Of a stretch of DNA of 64,000 nt, positions 30,284-40,159 are shown in pieces. This DNA comes from Candidatus Kapaibacterium sp. (lineage in GTDB: Bacteria > Bacteroidota > Ignavibacteria > Kapaibacteriales > UBA2268): the NCBI GenBank assembly GCA_963665665.1, contig OY762428.1:4320001-4384000 (forward strand), written 5' to 3'. The notes beneath the pieces were generated by a model. It was not told the origin of the DNA. It did no database searches and saw only the letters and a program-made list of their open reading frames with translations. How positions within the stretch are numbered: the first letter of the stretch is position 1; the number at the start of each line of letters is the position of its first letter. The position numbers and the translations under genes are program-made.

Positions 30284-31411
30284 ATGGAATATGCTAATGT
30301 AACAATTATTGGCGCAGGAGTTGTCGGGCTATCAGTTACGAACTCAATAAGTGAAAAATATAATGATGTTTTCCTTATAGAAAGGCATTCATCGTTCGGT
30401 AATGAAACTTCCAGCAGAAATAGTGAAGTAATACATGCAAGTATATATTATCCGCAAAATTTCCTAAAAGGTAAGCTTTGCCTTGAAGGTAATGATAGGA
30501 TGTACAGATTGTGCAGCGAGAATAATATACCGCATGTAAATTGCGGCAAGCTGATTGTTGCAACTACCGAAGAGGAAGTCAGCAGGCTTCCCGGAATTCT
30601 TGAAACAGCACGAAACAATGGGGCTAAGGGCGTTGAGATAATTGATAAGAATGAAATCAAGAAATTGGAGCCGGATATACATGCGCTTGCTGCGATTAAA
30701 TGCCCTACTTCCGGTGTGGTTGATTCGCATTCACTGATGGCTTATTTTGAAGCAAAAGCTATTGATAATGGGGCAAATATTGTATATAACCACGAGCTGA
30801 ATGGGATAGATAAAGTTTCGGATGGTTATATACTCACAATTAAACCTAATGATTCCGAAGAGATAAAAATTCACACGAAGATTCTAGTAAATTGTGCAGG
30901 CCTTGGATCGGGAAAAGTTTCTGAAATGCTGGGAATTGATATTGTTAAATTTAATTACAGAATAAATTATTGCAAGGGTATGTATTTCCGCGTGAACCAC
31001 AATATGGAAAAATATCCTAAAATGTTAATATATCCCGTGCCTCCTGAAGCCGGATCCGTTGGTGTTCACACCTGCCCTGACCTTGCGGGGGGGATGAGGC
31101 TTGGCCCGTATGACAAATGGGTGGAGGAAATTGAATATAGCGTCGATCCGGGGCTTCAGCAGACTTTCTACGAACAGGCCAAACAATATTTGCCCTTCCT
31201 GTCCTATCAGGATATCAGCCCGGATACAGCAGGTATTCACCCCAAAACACAGCGTCCGGGAGAAGGCTTCAGAGATTTTGTTATCTGCCACGAAGAAGAT
31301 AAGGGGCTGCCCGGATTTATTAACCTTGTTGGCATTGAGTCCCCGGGGTTGACATCTTCTCCGGCTATTGGGCCTTATGTTTTAAAAATTCTGAATGATA
31401 TCAAAAATTGA
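30284..31411 (+). CDS. FAD-dependent oxidoreductase, L-2-hydroxyglutarate oxidase (LhgO)-like
   Basis: IIGAGVVG, TSSRNSEVIHA, GIESPGLTS. ATG 30284 follows GGAG. Confidence 0.88.
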   Translation: MEYANVTIIGAGVVGLSVTNSISEKYNDVFLIERHSSFGNETSSRNSEVIHASIYYPQNFLKGKLCLEGNDRMYRLCSENNIPHVNCGKLIVATTEEEVSRLPGILETARNNGAKGVEIIDKNEIKKLEPDIHALAAIKCPTSGVVDSHSLMAYFEAKAIDNGANIVYNHELNGIDKVSDGYILTIKPNDSEEIKIHTKILVNCAGLGSGKVSEMLGIDIVKFNYRINYCKGMYFRVNHNMEKYPKMLIYPVPPEAGSVGVHTCPDLAGGMRLGPYDKWVEEIEYSVDPGLQQTFYEQAKQYLPFLSYQDISPDTAGIHPKTQRPGEGFRDFVICHEEDKGLPGFINLVGIESPGLTSSPAIGPYVLKILNDIKN

Positions 31412-31422
31412 CGAGGATTGAA

Positions 31423-32268
31423 ATGGACTGGAACTCTGATATATTTCTGTATATTATTTATACCCTGGTTTTGACTATTTCGGCAATAATTGCATCGAAA
31501 CTGATCAGAAAACTATTGCTGCGTTTTTTTGAGAAATCAACCAAAATTCTGCGGATTGATCCGACTAATTATAAATTTTTCCTGAATGCGGTAAGTGCTT
31601 CAATATATACTGCTGCTGCAACACTAATTTTTTATATCATTCCGCCGCTCCGTGCATTAGGAGTGACTCTTTTTGCAAGTGCCGGAATATTGACGGTAAT
31701 TATCGGTTTCGCCTCGCAGCAGGCATTTTCGAACATTGTCAGTGGCATTTTTATAGTGATATTCAAACCCTTCCGCGTTGGCGACTGGATAAAAATTGGT
31801 GAGAATGTAGGGACAGTGGAAGATATTACTCTTCGCCACACAATGATTAACAACCCCGAAAACCGGCGTATTGTTATACCGAATTCAATAATCTCCTCGG
31901 AAACAATTCTGAATTCGCATATTGGCCAGGCATCGGTGCGAAATCATTTCGAAGTGGGAATAAGTTATGACTCTGATATTGAAAAAGCGATCAATATTAT
32001 AAGGGAAGAAGCCGTAAAGCATGAGTTTTATATTGATAACCGAACGGATGAAGAAAAGGAAGAAGATGTACATCCTGTAGATGTCAGGGTGATTGATTTT
32101 GGTGAGAGTTCCATAAATCTTCGGGCATATATCTGGAGTACGGATTCTGCAAATGGTTTTGTTATGAAAAGTGATCTCAGGATAAATGTTAAAAAACGCT
32201 TTGATTCCGAAGGTATTGAAATTCCATTCCCTTACAGAACAATAGTTATGAAAAATGAAAAGAAATAG
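31423..32268 (+). CDS. mscS: Small-conductance mechanosensitive channel
   Basis: IGFASQ..FSN..SG, KPFRVGDWI, IPNS, GIEIPFP. Confidence 0.9.
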   Translation: MDWNSDIFLYIIYTLVLTISAIIASKLIRKLLLRFFEKSTKILRIDPTNYKFFLNAVSASIYTAAATLIFYIIPPLRALGVTLFASAGILTVIIGFASQQAFSNIVSGIFIVIFKPFRVGDWIKIGENVGTVEDITLRHTMINNPENRRIVIPNSIISSETILNSHIGQASVRNHFEVGISYDSDIEKAINIIREEAVKHEFYIDNRTDEEKEEDVHPVDVRVIDFGESSINLRAYIWSTDSANGFVMKSDLRINVKKRFDSEGIEIPFPYRTIVMKNEKK

Positions 32269-33310
32269 AAAAATAAAGAGAAAAACCGGACAGGCACCGG
32301 GAACGCTGATCTATACAGGATTTTCTGAAGGTAAAAGCTCAGTAAGGCTGATAAATATCGGTCCTGAAAAATATAGTATTATTAAGGAATTCGATATCAG
32401 AGAAAAAATCAAGATTCCCGTATCACCGTCAAAAATTTGGCTGAATGTTACGGGGCTTACTGATATTGGAATAATTGAACAACTTGGAAAAAACTTTTAT
32501 ATCCATAAGTTGTTTCAGGAAGATATTCTGAGTATATCTTCTGTTCCAAAGATCGATATCAGCGATGATTCAATATTTATTATCATGAAATCAATTGACT
32601 GGAAGAATGTTGAAGACGATGTAAACTTCAATCATATTGCTATTATGCTACGGAAGAACGCAGTTATCAGCTTTTCAGACAGTCCGGAAGAATCTTACCG
32701 GCATTTACTTCCAAGGTTGGACGTTCAATCTTCCAGGCTAAGGCAGGATGGTGCTGATTACCTGCTTTATGCTTTGTTAGACAGTATTTTCGATCATTAT
32801 TTGCTCGTTTCTGATTTTATTGATGAGAAAATTGAAGATATTGAGCTTGCTGCCGAACGTGGCGGAGATGAATATTTTACGGATATATTTCGGCTTAAAA
32901 AGAAAATATTATCGATAAGAAAAGTTCTTCTACCCATGAAAGATGTTCTGAAACAACTTATCAATACAAAAAATTCCCTCATATCCGAAGATTCAAAGAA
33001 GTATTTCTCGGATGCGAATGATCATCTTATGAGCCTGATGCAGTCCAATGAAGATCAAAGAAATGCTTTAACCGCCCTGATAGAACTGCACATGACAATG
33101 GCAGGCTACAGAATGAACAAGGTAATGAATATCCTTACACTGGTTGCTTCTATTTTCATCCCCTTGACTTTTATTGCCGGGGTTTATGGCATGAATTTTA
33201 AATATATGCCGGAATTGGAGTATAAATACGCCTACTTTATCGTTATGGGCCTGATGTTCATAATAGGAATGGGATTGTTTTTATATATGAAAAGAAAGAA
33301 GTGGTTTTGA
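32255..33310 (+). CDS. corA: Magnesium/cobalt transporter CorA
   Basis: G.APGTL N-terminus; FIPLTFIAGVYGMNF..MPEL. Confidence 0.95.
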   Translation: MKRNRKIKRKTGQAPGTLIYTGFSEGKSSVRLINIGPEKYSIIKEFDIREKIKIPVSPSKIWLNVTGLTDIGIIEQLGKNFYIHKLFQEDILSISSVPKIDISDDSIFIIMKSIDWKNVEDDVNFNHIAIMLRKNAVISFSDSPEESYRHLLPRLDVQSSRLRQDGADYLLYALLDSIFDHYLLVSDFIDEKIEDIELAAERGGDEYFTDIFRLKKKILSIRKVLLPMKDVLKQLINTKNSLISEDSKKYFSDANDHLMSLMQSNEDQRNALTALIELHMTMAGYRMNKVMNILTLVASIFIPLTFIAGVYGMNFKYMPELEYKYAYFIVMGLMFIIGMGLFLYMKRKKWF

Positions 33311-33943
33311 TTATAACCCGATATCTTCCATGATATTTTTAATAATATCATGGTTGAATCCCTGCCTTTGTAAATATGAAAAAAGCGATGATTTCTGCTT
33401 TTCCTTAGGTTTTGAAGCCAGCATACGCATTTTTTTTTCTGCTGCTTTCAGGGCAATTTCATAAATGTTATCGTGAGGGAAGTTCTCATTTACAGCATCT
33501 TCTGCCGTGTAGCGGTCTATACCTTTTTTTTGCAGTTCCATCATCAATTTCCCGGGCGAAAGGCTTTTTCTAAGTAAAATATCTTTTACATAATTATTGG
33601 CAAACCGGATATCGTCAAGGTATTCGAATTCTGTCAGGAAGTCAATGGCTGTATTGATTTCCTCCTTATTATAACCGAGTTTTTGTAATTTGTCCTTTAC
33701 CTGAAAGCATGTACGGGGTTTGTATGATGCATATTGGTAGGCTGATTTTTTCAGATCGATTTTTCTTTGTCGGGATTTGATTTCAGAATATAACTCAGAG
33801 GATAATACTTTTCCTTTGGTAAGGGCATATTCATTTACAAGGTCAAGGGAAATCTCTTCCTGTTCCCCATTGTCATAATGAAGAAAGCATATCTGCTTCT
33901 TCTTGCTGAATATTACTTTCACTATTTTTTTTGTGTCCGGCAT
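33311..33943 (-). CDS. recX: Regulatory protein RecX
   Basis: YLDDIRFA, L.MEL.KKGI, YLQRQGF; downstream of recA. Confidence 0.88.
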   Translation of the reverse strand: MPDTKKIVKVIFSKKKQICFLHYDNGEQEEISLDLVNEYALTKGKVLSSELYSEIKSRQRKIDLKKSAYQYASYKPRTCFQVKDKLQKLGYNKEEINTAIDFLTEFEYLDDIRFANNYVKDILLRKSLSPGKLMMELQKKGIDRYTAEDAVNENFPHDNIYEIALKAAEKKMRMLASKPKEKQKSSLFSYLQRQGFNHDIIKNIMEDIGL

Positions 33944-33994
33944 TTCCCCTGATGGTATTATTAATATAAGGCTGTCTCACAAGTTATGTAAGTT

Positions 33995-34065
33995 GTAATT
34001 CTGAGCGCAGCGAAGAATCCATAACCTGTAAAAATACTGGATTCTTCACAACGCTTACGAATAAC
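33995..34065. repeat. REP/MITE-like palindromic element, copy B
   Basis: GTAATTCTGAGCGCAGCGAAGAATCC...GGATTCTTCACAACGCTTACGAATAAC between recX and recA. Confidence 0.75.
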
Positions 34066-34118
34066 AAATCGCAAATATTTTAAGGAAAGATACATTGCCC
34101 TTTTATTAAAACAAAATA

Positions 34119-35174
34119 TTATTCAGCCTTTTCCTTTTCTTCGTTTTTCGAAGAGGGCATAATAGCTTCTTTGATCTTTCCTTCAAGAACCGTCATTATT
34201 TCAGGCTGCTCGGTCAGTATCTTCCGAAGGCCTTCGCGACCCTGAACTCGTTCTCCTTCCATGGTGTACCAGGAACCGCTTTTCTGAATAATTCCGAATT
34301 CAACACCTACATCTATCATATCGCCGATTTTGGAAATACCCTCGTTGTACATGATGTCGAATTCCACTTCTTTAAATGGTGGAGCTACTTTGTTTTTAAC
34401 AATTTTAGCCCTGACACGGTTACCAATTATATTCTGTCCTTCTTTTATCACTTCCTTTCGTCGCACATCAATCCTAACCGAAGCATAGAACTTCAATGCA
34501 TTTCCACCCGTCGTTGTTTCAGGATTGCCATAGATAACCCCGATCTTGGAACGAAGCTGATTTGTGAATATCACGCAGGTATTCGTTTTACCTATTGAGT
34601 GATTAAGTTTTCTCATTGCCTGGCTCATCAGCCGGGCATGAGATCCCATCTGGGCATCGCCCATGTCACCTTCTATTTCAACTCTCGGTGTTAGTGCAGC
34701 CACAGAGTCAATAACAATTACGTCGATAGCATTAGAGCGCACCAGTGTTTCGACTATTTCAAGTGCCTGTTCGCCAAATTCGGGTTGGGAAAGAAGCAGA
34801 TTGTTCAGATCAACGCCCAGCCTTTGGGCATATTTCACATCCAATGCATGTTCCGTATCGACAAAAGCTGCAAGGCCGCCGGCCTTTTGCGCTTCAGCGA
34901 GAACATGAAGGCAGACGGTAGTTTTTCCGGAGGATTCCGGGCCGTAAATCTCTGTTATTCTGCCGCGCGGGAATCCGCCAATACCAATAGCCGCGTCCAG
35001 GGAAAGGCAGCTCGTGGAAATACTGTCAACATTTACAACATTTTCATCGCTAAGGCGCATAATCGAGCCTTTGCCGTGCTGTTTTTCTATCTGGTCGATA
35101 GCGAATTTAACTGCTTTCATCTTGTCTTCGTGCGAAGTTATCGGGGGAGGGGTATTATCTTTATTCTTTGCCAT
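34119..35174 (-). CDS. recA: Recombinase RecA
   Basis: [44 protein letters not shown]. Confidence 0.99.
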   Translation of the reverse strand: MAKNKDNTPPPITSHEDKMKAVKFAIDQIEKQHGKGSIMRLSDENVVNVDSISTSCLSLDAAIGIGGFPRGRITEIYGPESSGKTTVCLHVLAEAQKAGGLAAFVDTEHALDVKYAQRLGVDLNNLLLSQPEFGEQALEIVETLVRSNAIDVIVIDSVAALTPRVEIEGDMGDAQMGSHARLMSQAMRKLNHSIGKTNTCVIFTNQLRSKIGVIYGNPETTTGGNALKFYASVRIDVRRKEVIKEGQNIIGNRVRAKIVKNKVAPPFKEVEFDIMYNEGISKIGDMIDVGVEFGIIQKSGSWYTMEGERVQGREGLRKILTEQPEIMTVLEGKIKEAIMPSSKNEEKEKAE

Positions 35175-35424
35175 GGTTTTATTTTTTTAATAGTATAACA
35201 TATTTATCTGTATTAATGCAAAGATAATTAAAAGATAAATGAAATGCAGTAGTAAATTCATAATGTTGAAAACTGATATACATATTTTGCTAAATGGATG
35301 GCAAAGATTTGCCGCACCATAATCAATATTTTAAATAGTCTGATAATATTCTGCTTACTTTTGATAATATATAAAAAAAATGTAACTTACGTTTGATTTT
35401 GTATCAACAAACGAGAGTTACATT

Positions 35425-37212
35425 ATGAAGCAAGCAATATCGATCATCGCATTTTCATGTATATTGTTTTTCATTATAACTTTTGATACTTTATCGCAAA
35501 AGGGACATCCAATTATTGATAATAAAAACTATCAAGACTTTTTATCAAGATTCAAGCAGTCAGAGAAAATATTTTCTAAAAAACCAAAAATATTATCTGA
35601 TCTCGATGAAACTATCTTTAACCTGAGCCATTTGAACTGGGTTGATGGATTTGACTCCCTTTACAAAATTATGCGGCATAGATATCCATTTTCTGAATGG
35701 AAAAAAATCAACTGGGATAAAAAGTATCTGGAAACAAAACCACAAATCGAACAGGCATATCTTTCTTCCGATACAGCCAGCTTTACTGCAGCTATGCTTG
35801 CTTACGTGAATTCCATTCCTGATGGGCATGTCTCATTGACAGGTAATCTGAGTGCTTACAAAAGGGAAAGATTTGATGGTAGTTTTGGATTAAGTATGAT
35901 ACCTTTGTCCGATGGCAGAATAGTAGTAAATAAAGTATATGAAAATACTGCTTCTGATGAAATGAATATCAAATGTGGAGATGAGATTATTTTGTGGAAT
36001 GGGACTCCAATAAATGAAATTCCGGAACTTGAACTTTACAATTTCAATGAATCCTTCCCCACAAACTATGCTACTCGTGAGGGAAGGATCATAAGTCGCT
36101 ATCAAGTTCTGTCAAGAGCTAAAATCGGCGAGAAAGCTGAAGTAAACTATGTGTCAGGAGAAGATGGGAATACTTATACTGAAGTTCTTACTGCTTATGA
36201 TGATGAAGGGAACAATCGTTTTATGAGTTATTTCCTTAGTGCACCAATTCCTGATTTTTCAGATGTCGTGGTTTATGATACACTTGATCCGGACATCGGA
36301 TATTTAAAAATATTGTGGGAGTCAGCAGAGGGCTGGACACTTGAGGAAATTCGTCAATCCGAGACATACCAGGAAGTAAGAGCCGCAATTGAATGGTTCG
36401 ATGAACTTGGTATTGACAAATTGATCTTTGATCTACGCTTTAATCTGGGAGGCCATGATCTTCTGGGTTCTGCAATAGCTGGATTTTTCCTCGAGAAACC
36501 TGATTTTTATGAGCATATAACTTCTGCTGTTGATAATGAATTTGAAATTTATCACACTATCATAACTCAGCCGGAGATACCACACTTTGGGGGTGATGTA
36601 GTGGTTATGACAGGGCCGAATAATATAAGTACCGGAGAAGGTATTCCAATGATGTTACAGCGATTACCTAACGTACACGTCATTTCATTCTGGGGAACAA
36701 ATGGTTCATTTGGTATTGTTGGCGATAAAATAATTCTCACTGATTCATTGCTATCAGTTTCTTTTCCTTTCTCAAGATCACTTAACGAGAATGAAGTGAT
36801 TCAGCTTGATTCTGATTCGGAACTAAATGGCGGCGTTCAGCCGGATATTAGTATCCCGTTAACAGTAAAACGTGTTATTGATATTTGGGAGAATGAAATT
36901 GATGTAGAGCTGGAATATGCAATGAATTTTCTTAGAACCAACTCGGTAGATCGAAATTATGAAAGAATTAAAATCTATCCAAATCCTGCTTCTTACAGCA
37001 TAGAGATCAATACAAATTCAATATTGAATAATCATAGTATTTTGGCAGAAAACCTAAGTATCTTTAACACATTTGGGGAAAGATTATTAGAAATCGATTT
37101 AATACAACCTGATTTTAATAATAGAATTATGATTGATATTTCTGATTTACCAGTTGGTATGTACTTTATAAGAATAGGTGATCAAACAGATAAATTATTG
37201 ATAGTAAGGTAA
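35425..37212 (+). CDS. S41 family peptidase with T9SS C-terminal domain
   Basis: Signal peptide, IPDGHV, FDLRFNLGG, STGE, GVQPD, C-terminal IYPNPA...GMYFI...KLLIVR. Confidence 0.9.
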   Translation: MKQAISIIAFSCILFFIITFDTLSQKGHPIIDNKNYQDFLSRFKQSEKIFSKKPKILSDLDETIFNLSHLNWVDGFDSLYKIMRHRYPFSEWKKINWDKKYLETKPQIEQAYLSSDTASFTAAMLAYVNSIPDGHVSLTGNLSAYKRERFDGSFGLSMIPLSDGRIVVNKVYENTASDEMNIKCGDEIILWNGTPINEIPELELYNFNESFPTNYATREGRIISRYQVLSRAKIGEKAEVNYVSGEDGNTYTEVLTAYDDEGNNRFMSYFLSAPIPDFSDVVVYDTLDPDIGYLKILWESAEGWTLEEIRQSETYQEVRAAIEWFDELGIDKLIFDLRFNLGGHDLLGSAIAGFFLEKPDFYEHITSAVDNEFEIYHTIITQPEIPHFGGDVVVMTGPNNISTGEGIPMMLQRLPNVHVISFWGTNGSFGIVGDKIILTDSLLSVSFPFSRSLNENEVIQLDSDSELNGGVQPDISIPLTVKRVIDIWENEIDVELEYAMNFLRTNSVDRNYERIKIYPNPASYSIEINTNSILNNHSILAENLSIFNTFGERLLEIDLIQPDFNNRIMIDISDLPVGMYFIRIGDQTDKLLIVR

Positions 37213-37720
37213 CTGATCAATGTTTTCTACGGATCATAACGCATCTTTCACTCCATCCCTGCATTTATATCTGGAGTAAAGTTTCCTTTAAAACAACTTG
37301 CTCAACTTTCTGAGTTGTTGTAACCTGTAAAAAAAAACATAAATTGTCATGTTTAGGAGATAATCCGATTTTTTCGATGAGTATTTCTGAGAAAACCTTT
37401 AGCAGCGCTTCAATTATATTACCTGGTGTTTGACAGTAGTTTTCCCTTTGGCCTTGATGAAATTCCGTATCGGGGAAGCGCCAAGGGCATTTCCGCCCCC
37501 GCCCGATGGAAATTATGTGCCTTTGGATTCTCAATATTGCCGGGCATAGCAAACCCCAATATTTAAAAATCAAATATTCACCCGGCAAAAGCAAATACCG
37601 GCTTTTCCGGATCAAAACATCATTTAATAAAATGGATCGATTGGATAAATAGAACGAAATTCTATATCAAAAAAGTGAAACTAAGTGTTTTCTGAGTAAA
37701 ATTTTACCTGAAAAAATGTT

Positions 37721-38240
37721 TTTGGAAGCACAAACCAATGCTAAGACAGCACAAACCAACGCTAAGACGACACGAACCAACGTTAAGATGACATGAACCA
37801 ACGTTAAGATGACACGAACCAACGTTAAGACGGCACATCCCAACGCTAAGACGACACGAACCAACGTTAAGACGGCACATCCCAACGCTAAGATGTCATA
37901 TATCAGCGATAATCAGGCTCGAGGGAACGCTCGGAAGGCTTGGGGGAACGCTCGGAAGGCTTGGGAGAATGCTCGGAAAGCTCGAGGGAATGCTCGGAAG
38001 GCACGAGGGAATGCTCGGAAGGCACGGGGGAACGCTCGGAAAGCTTGGGGGAACGCTCGGAAAGCTCGGGGGAATGCTCGGAAAGCTTGGGGGAACGCTC
38101 GGGAAGCTTGGGGGAATGCTCGGAAAGCTTGGGGGAACGCTCGGGAAGCTTGGGGGAATGCTCGGAAAGCTTGGGGGAACGCTCGGAAAGCTCGGGGGAA
38201 TGCTCGGAAAGCTGGGGGGAACGCTCGGAAAGCTCGGGGG
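37721..38240. repeat. Compound 21-bp tandem repeat array 2 (about 24.8 units, two sub-types in one phase)
   Basis: 8 units of type TAAGAYGRCACRAACCAAYGY (37721-37888), a degenerate transition unit, then about 15 units of type TCGGRARGCTYGGGGGAAYGC up to 38240. Confidence 0.97.
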
Positions 38241-38357
38241 TGGATTCATAAACTGCTGGTCGGGGTCTTCCTATCCCGACGCAAAAAAGGGAAAGGATTT
38301 CCCAATCCTTATTGCTTTCGGGTAAGATATCCGAAAAAGCATCGGAATTATATAAAA

Positions 38358-38513
38358 AAGCTCCGTAGGAGCGAAATTATTGTAGCTAATATTTTCATAA
38401 TCATAATTCAAAGCTCCGTAGTAGCGACACAATCTTTTGTCTATGTCGCCCCGACGGGGCTGTTGTTTTTTCCGGGTTTGCCTTTCTACAAAAATGTCGC
38501 GGCTACGCCGCTT
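38358..38513. repeat. GTAG-type REP cluster (two direct plus two inverted hairpin units)
   Basis: AAGCTCCGTAGGAGCG..TGTAG; AAGCTCCGTAGTAGCGAC; ATGTCGCCCCGACGGGGCT; CTACAAAAATGTCGCGGCTACGCCGCTT. Confidence 0.7.
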
Positions 38514-38792
38514 TCGGGATGGGTAAATTCTTTTTCCCTGGCCTCCGAACAGGGCATCCTTTTCCACGAGCTAAAGCGCTTGTCTATTGAATTTGAGGAG
38601 TGCATTCCTGCCGGCTGGAGAATTTTCTTATCATTTTTTTTTAATTTTTATTAGATAAGGTTTAAAAGGGCTCTGAAACCTTAAATAAAATTGATTTTCA
38701 TTCCGATTTTATTTTAATTGCATTTCTTCATATACAATCTTGGGGGATTTGTTTATGAATGCAATGATTGAGTAATAATTTCCGGAGTTGGA

Positions 38793-40136
38793 ATGGAAGC
38801 GAACAGAGGACAATGGAGTTCTAAAGCAGGGTTTATCTTCGCGGCAGCGGGTTCGGCAATAGGCCTGGGAAATATTTGGAGATTCCCTTATGTTGTAGGT
38901 GAAAACGGTGGCGGCGCTTTTGTGTTGTTATATATTTTCTTTGTAATTATTATCGGCCTTCCCTATATGTTTGCCGAACTTTCTCTCGGACGAAAATACC
39001 AGAAAAATCCGGTGGGCGCAATTGAACAGATTCAAAAGGGCTGGAAATGGAAATGGATCGGTATTCTCGGAGTATTGACAGGCTTCGGCATTCTGTCCTT
39101 TTACGGAGTTATTGCAGGTTGGACTGTCGGGTATATATTTAAAATGGCATCAGGAAATCCTGGAGGATTTGCTGAATTTGTAGCCGACCCGGTAATGGTT
39201 CTCCTTCTATTTGCCTTTTTCATGCTTATAACAACAACAATTGTTTACGGCGGAGTAGAAGGCGGGATTGAGAAATGGTCCAAAATCTTAATGCCTGTAT
39301 TATTACTCCTTTTAGTGGTATTGATTATATATTCCAATACACTTGATGGCTCTTCCGAAGGTTTAAGTTTTTACTTAATGCCTGATTTTTCGAAAATTAC
39401 AGGCCAAACTGTACTGGCAGCACTCGGGCAGGCATTCTTCTCGCTAAGCCTTGGAATGGGGCTGATGGTAACTTACGGCAGCTACCTGAAAAAAGGTGAA
39501 AATATAATCAGTTCCGGTGCCTGGACGGGGATGTTCGATACAATGATAGCTATCATGGCCGGACTGATAATATTCCCTGCGCTGTTTGCCATGGGCGAAA
39601 GCCCTGCTGCCGGCCCGGCACTTGTTTTCGTGATATTTCCGAAACTTTTTACAAATATGCCCGGCGGGCTGCTGGTTGGTTCAATTTTCTTTGTGCTGCT
39701 TTCAGTAGCGGCACTTACTTCAACAATTTCACTACTGGAAGTAGCAGTGGCATATTTTGTTGATGAGAAAAAAGCAAACAGGAAAAAAATTGTATGGCCC
39801 GTGGCATTCGTGGCTTTTCTGTTCGGTGTTCCATCAGCATTATCGCAGGGAGCATCGGACTTTCTTAGCAATTTTGGTTTAATACCTTCATACCTCTGCG
39901 ACGCTGATTTCCTGAGCCAGGTTAGTTTTTTCTTTGGTGATTTCTCGCTGGCATTCGGGGCGCTTATGATGTCAATCTTTGTGGGGTGGATTTGGGGAGC
40001 ACGCCACGCTGCCGAAGAACTTGAAAAAGGCTCTAAATCATTTCGCATCTGGAGCGGTATATGGATTTTCATGATTAAATATTTTATTCCGGCAGTAGTA
40101 TTCGTGATTTTGCTGAACGTATTTGGGATATTTTAA
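38793..40136 (+). CDS. Sodium-dependent transporter, NSS/SNF family
   Basis: RGQWSSK.GFI.AAAGSAIGLGNIWRFPY, GQAFFSLSLG. Confidence 0.95.
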   Translation: MEANRGQWSSKAGFIFAAAGSAIGLGNIWRFPYVVGENGGGAFVLLYIFFVIIIGLPYMFAELSLGRKYQKNPVGAIEQIQKGWKWKWIGILGVLTGFGILSFYGVIAGWTVGYIFKMASGNPGGFAEFVADPVMVLLLFAFFMLITTTIVYGGVEGGIEKWSKILMPVLLLLLVVLIIYSNTLDGSSEGLSFYLMPDFSKITGQTVLAALGQAFFSLSLGMGLMVTYGSYLKKGENIISSGAWTGMFDTMIAIMAGLIIFPALFAMGESPAAGPALVFVIFPKLFTNMPGGLLVGSIFFVLLSVAALTSTISLLEVAVAYFVDEKKANRKKIVWPVAFVAFLFGVPSALSQGASDFLSNFGLIPSYLCDADFLSQVSFFFGDFSLAFGALMMSIFVGWIWGARHAAEELEKGSKSFRIWSGIWIFMIKYFIPAVVFVILLNVFGIF

Positions 40137-40159
40137 TTATCTTTCTTTTTTGTAAAACT

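Noticed and set aside
35296-35315. Sigma54-like TGGCAAAGATTTGC (and CGGCATATTTTGC near 11498)
   Set aside because: GG-to-GC spacing is 9 and 8 nt rather than the required 10.
37265-37615. 116-aa minus-strand ORF
   Set aside because: No recognisable motif or RBS; lies in repeat-rich intergenic DNA.
37667-38567. Overlapping repeat ORFs (LGKLGG, PPSFPS, GERSES, VLTLVR) and 38271-38567
   Set aside because: By-products of the tandem array and the REP cluster.
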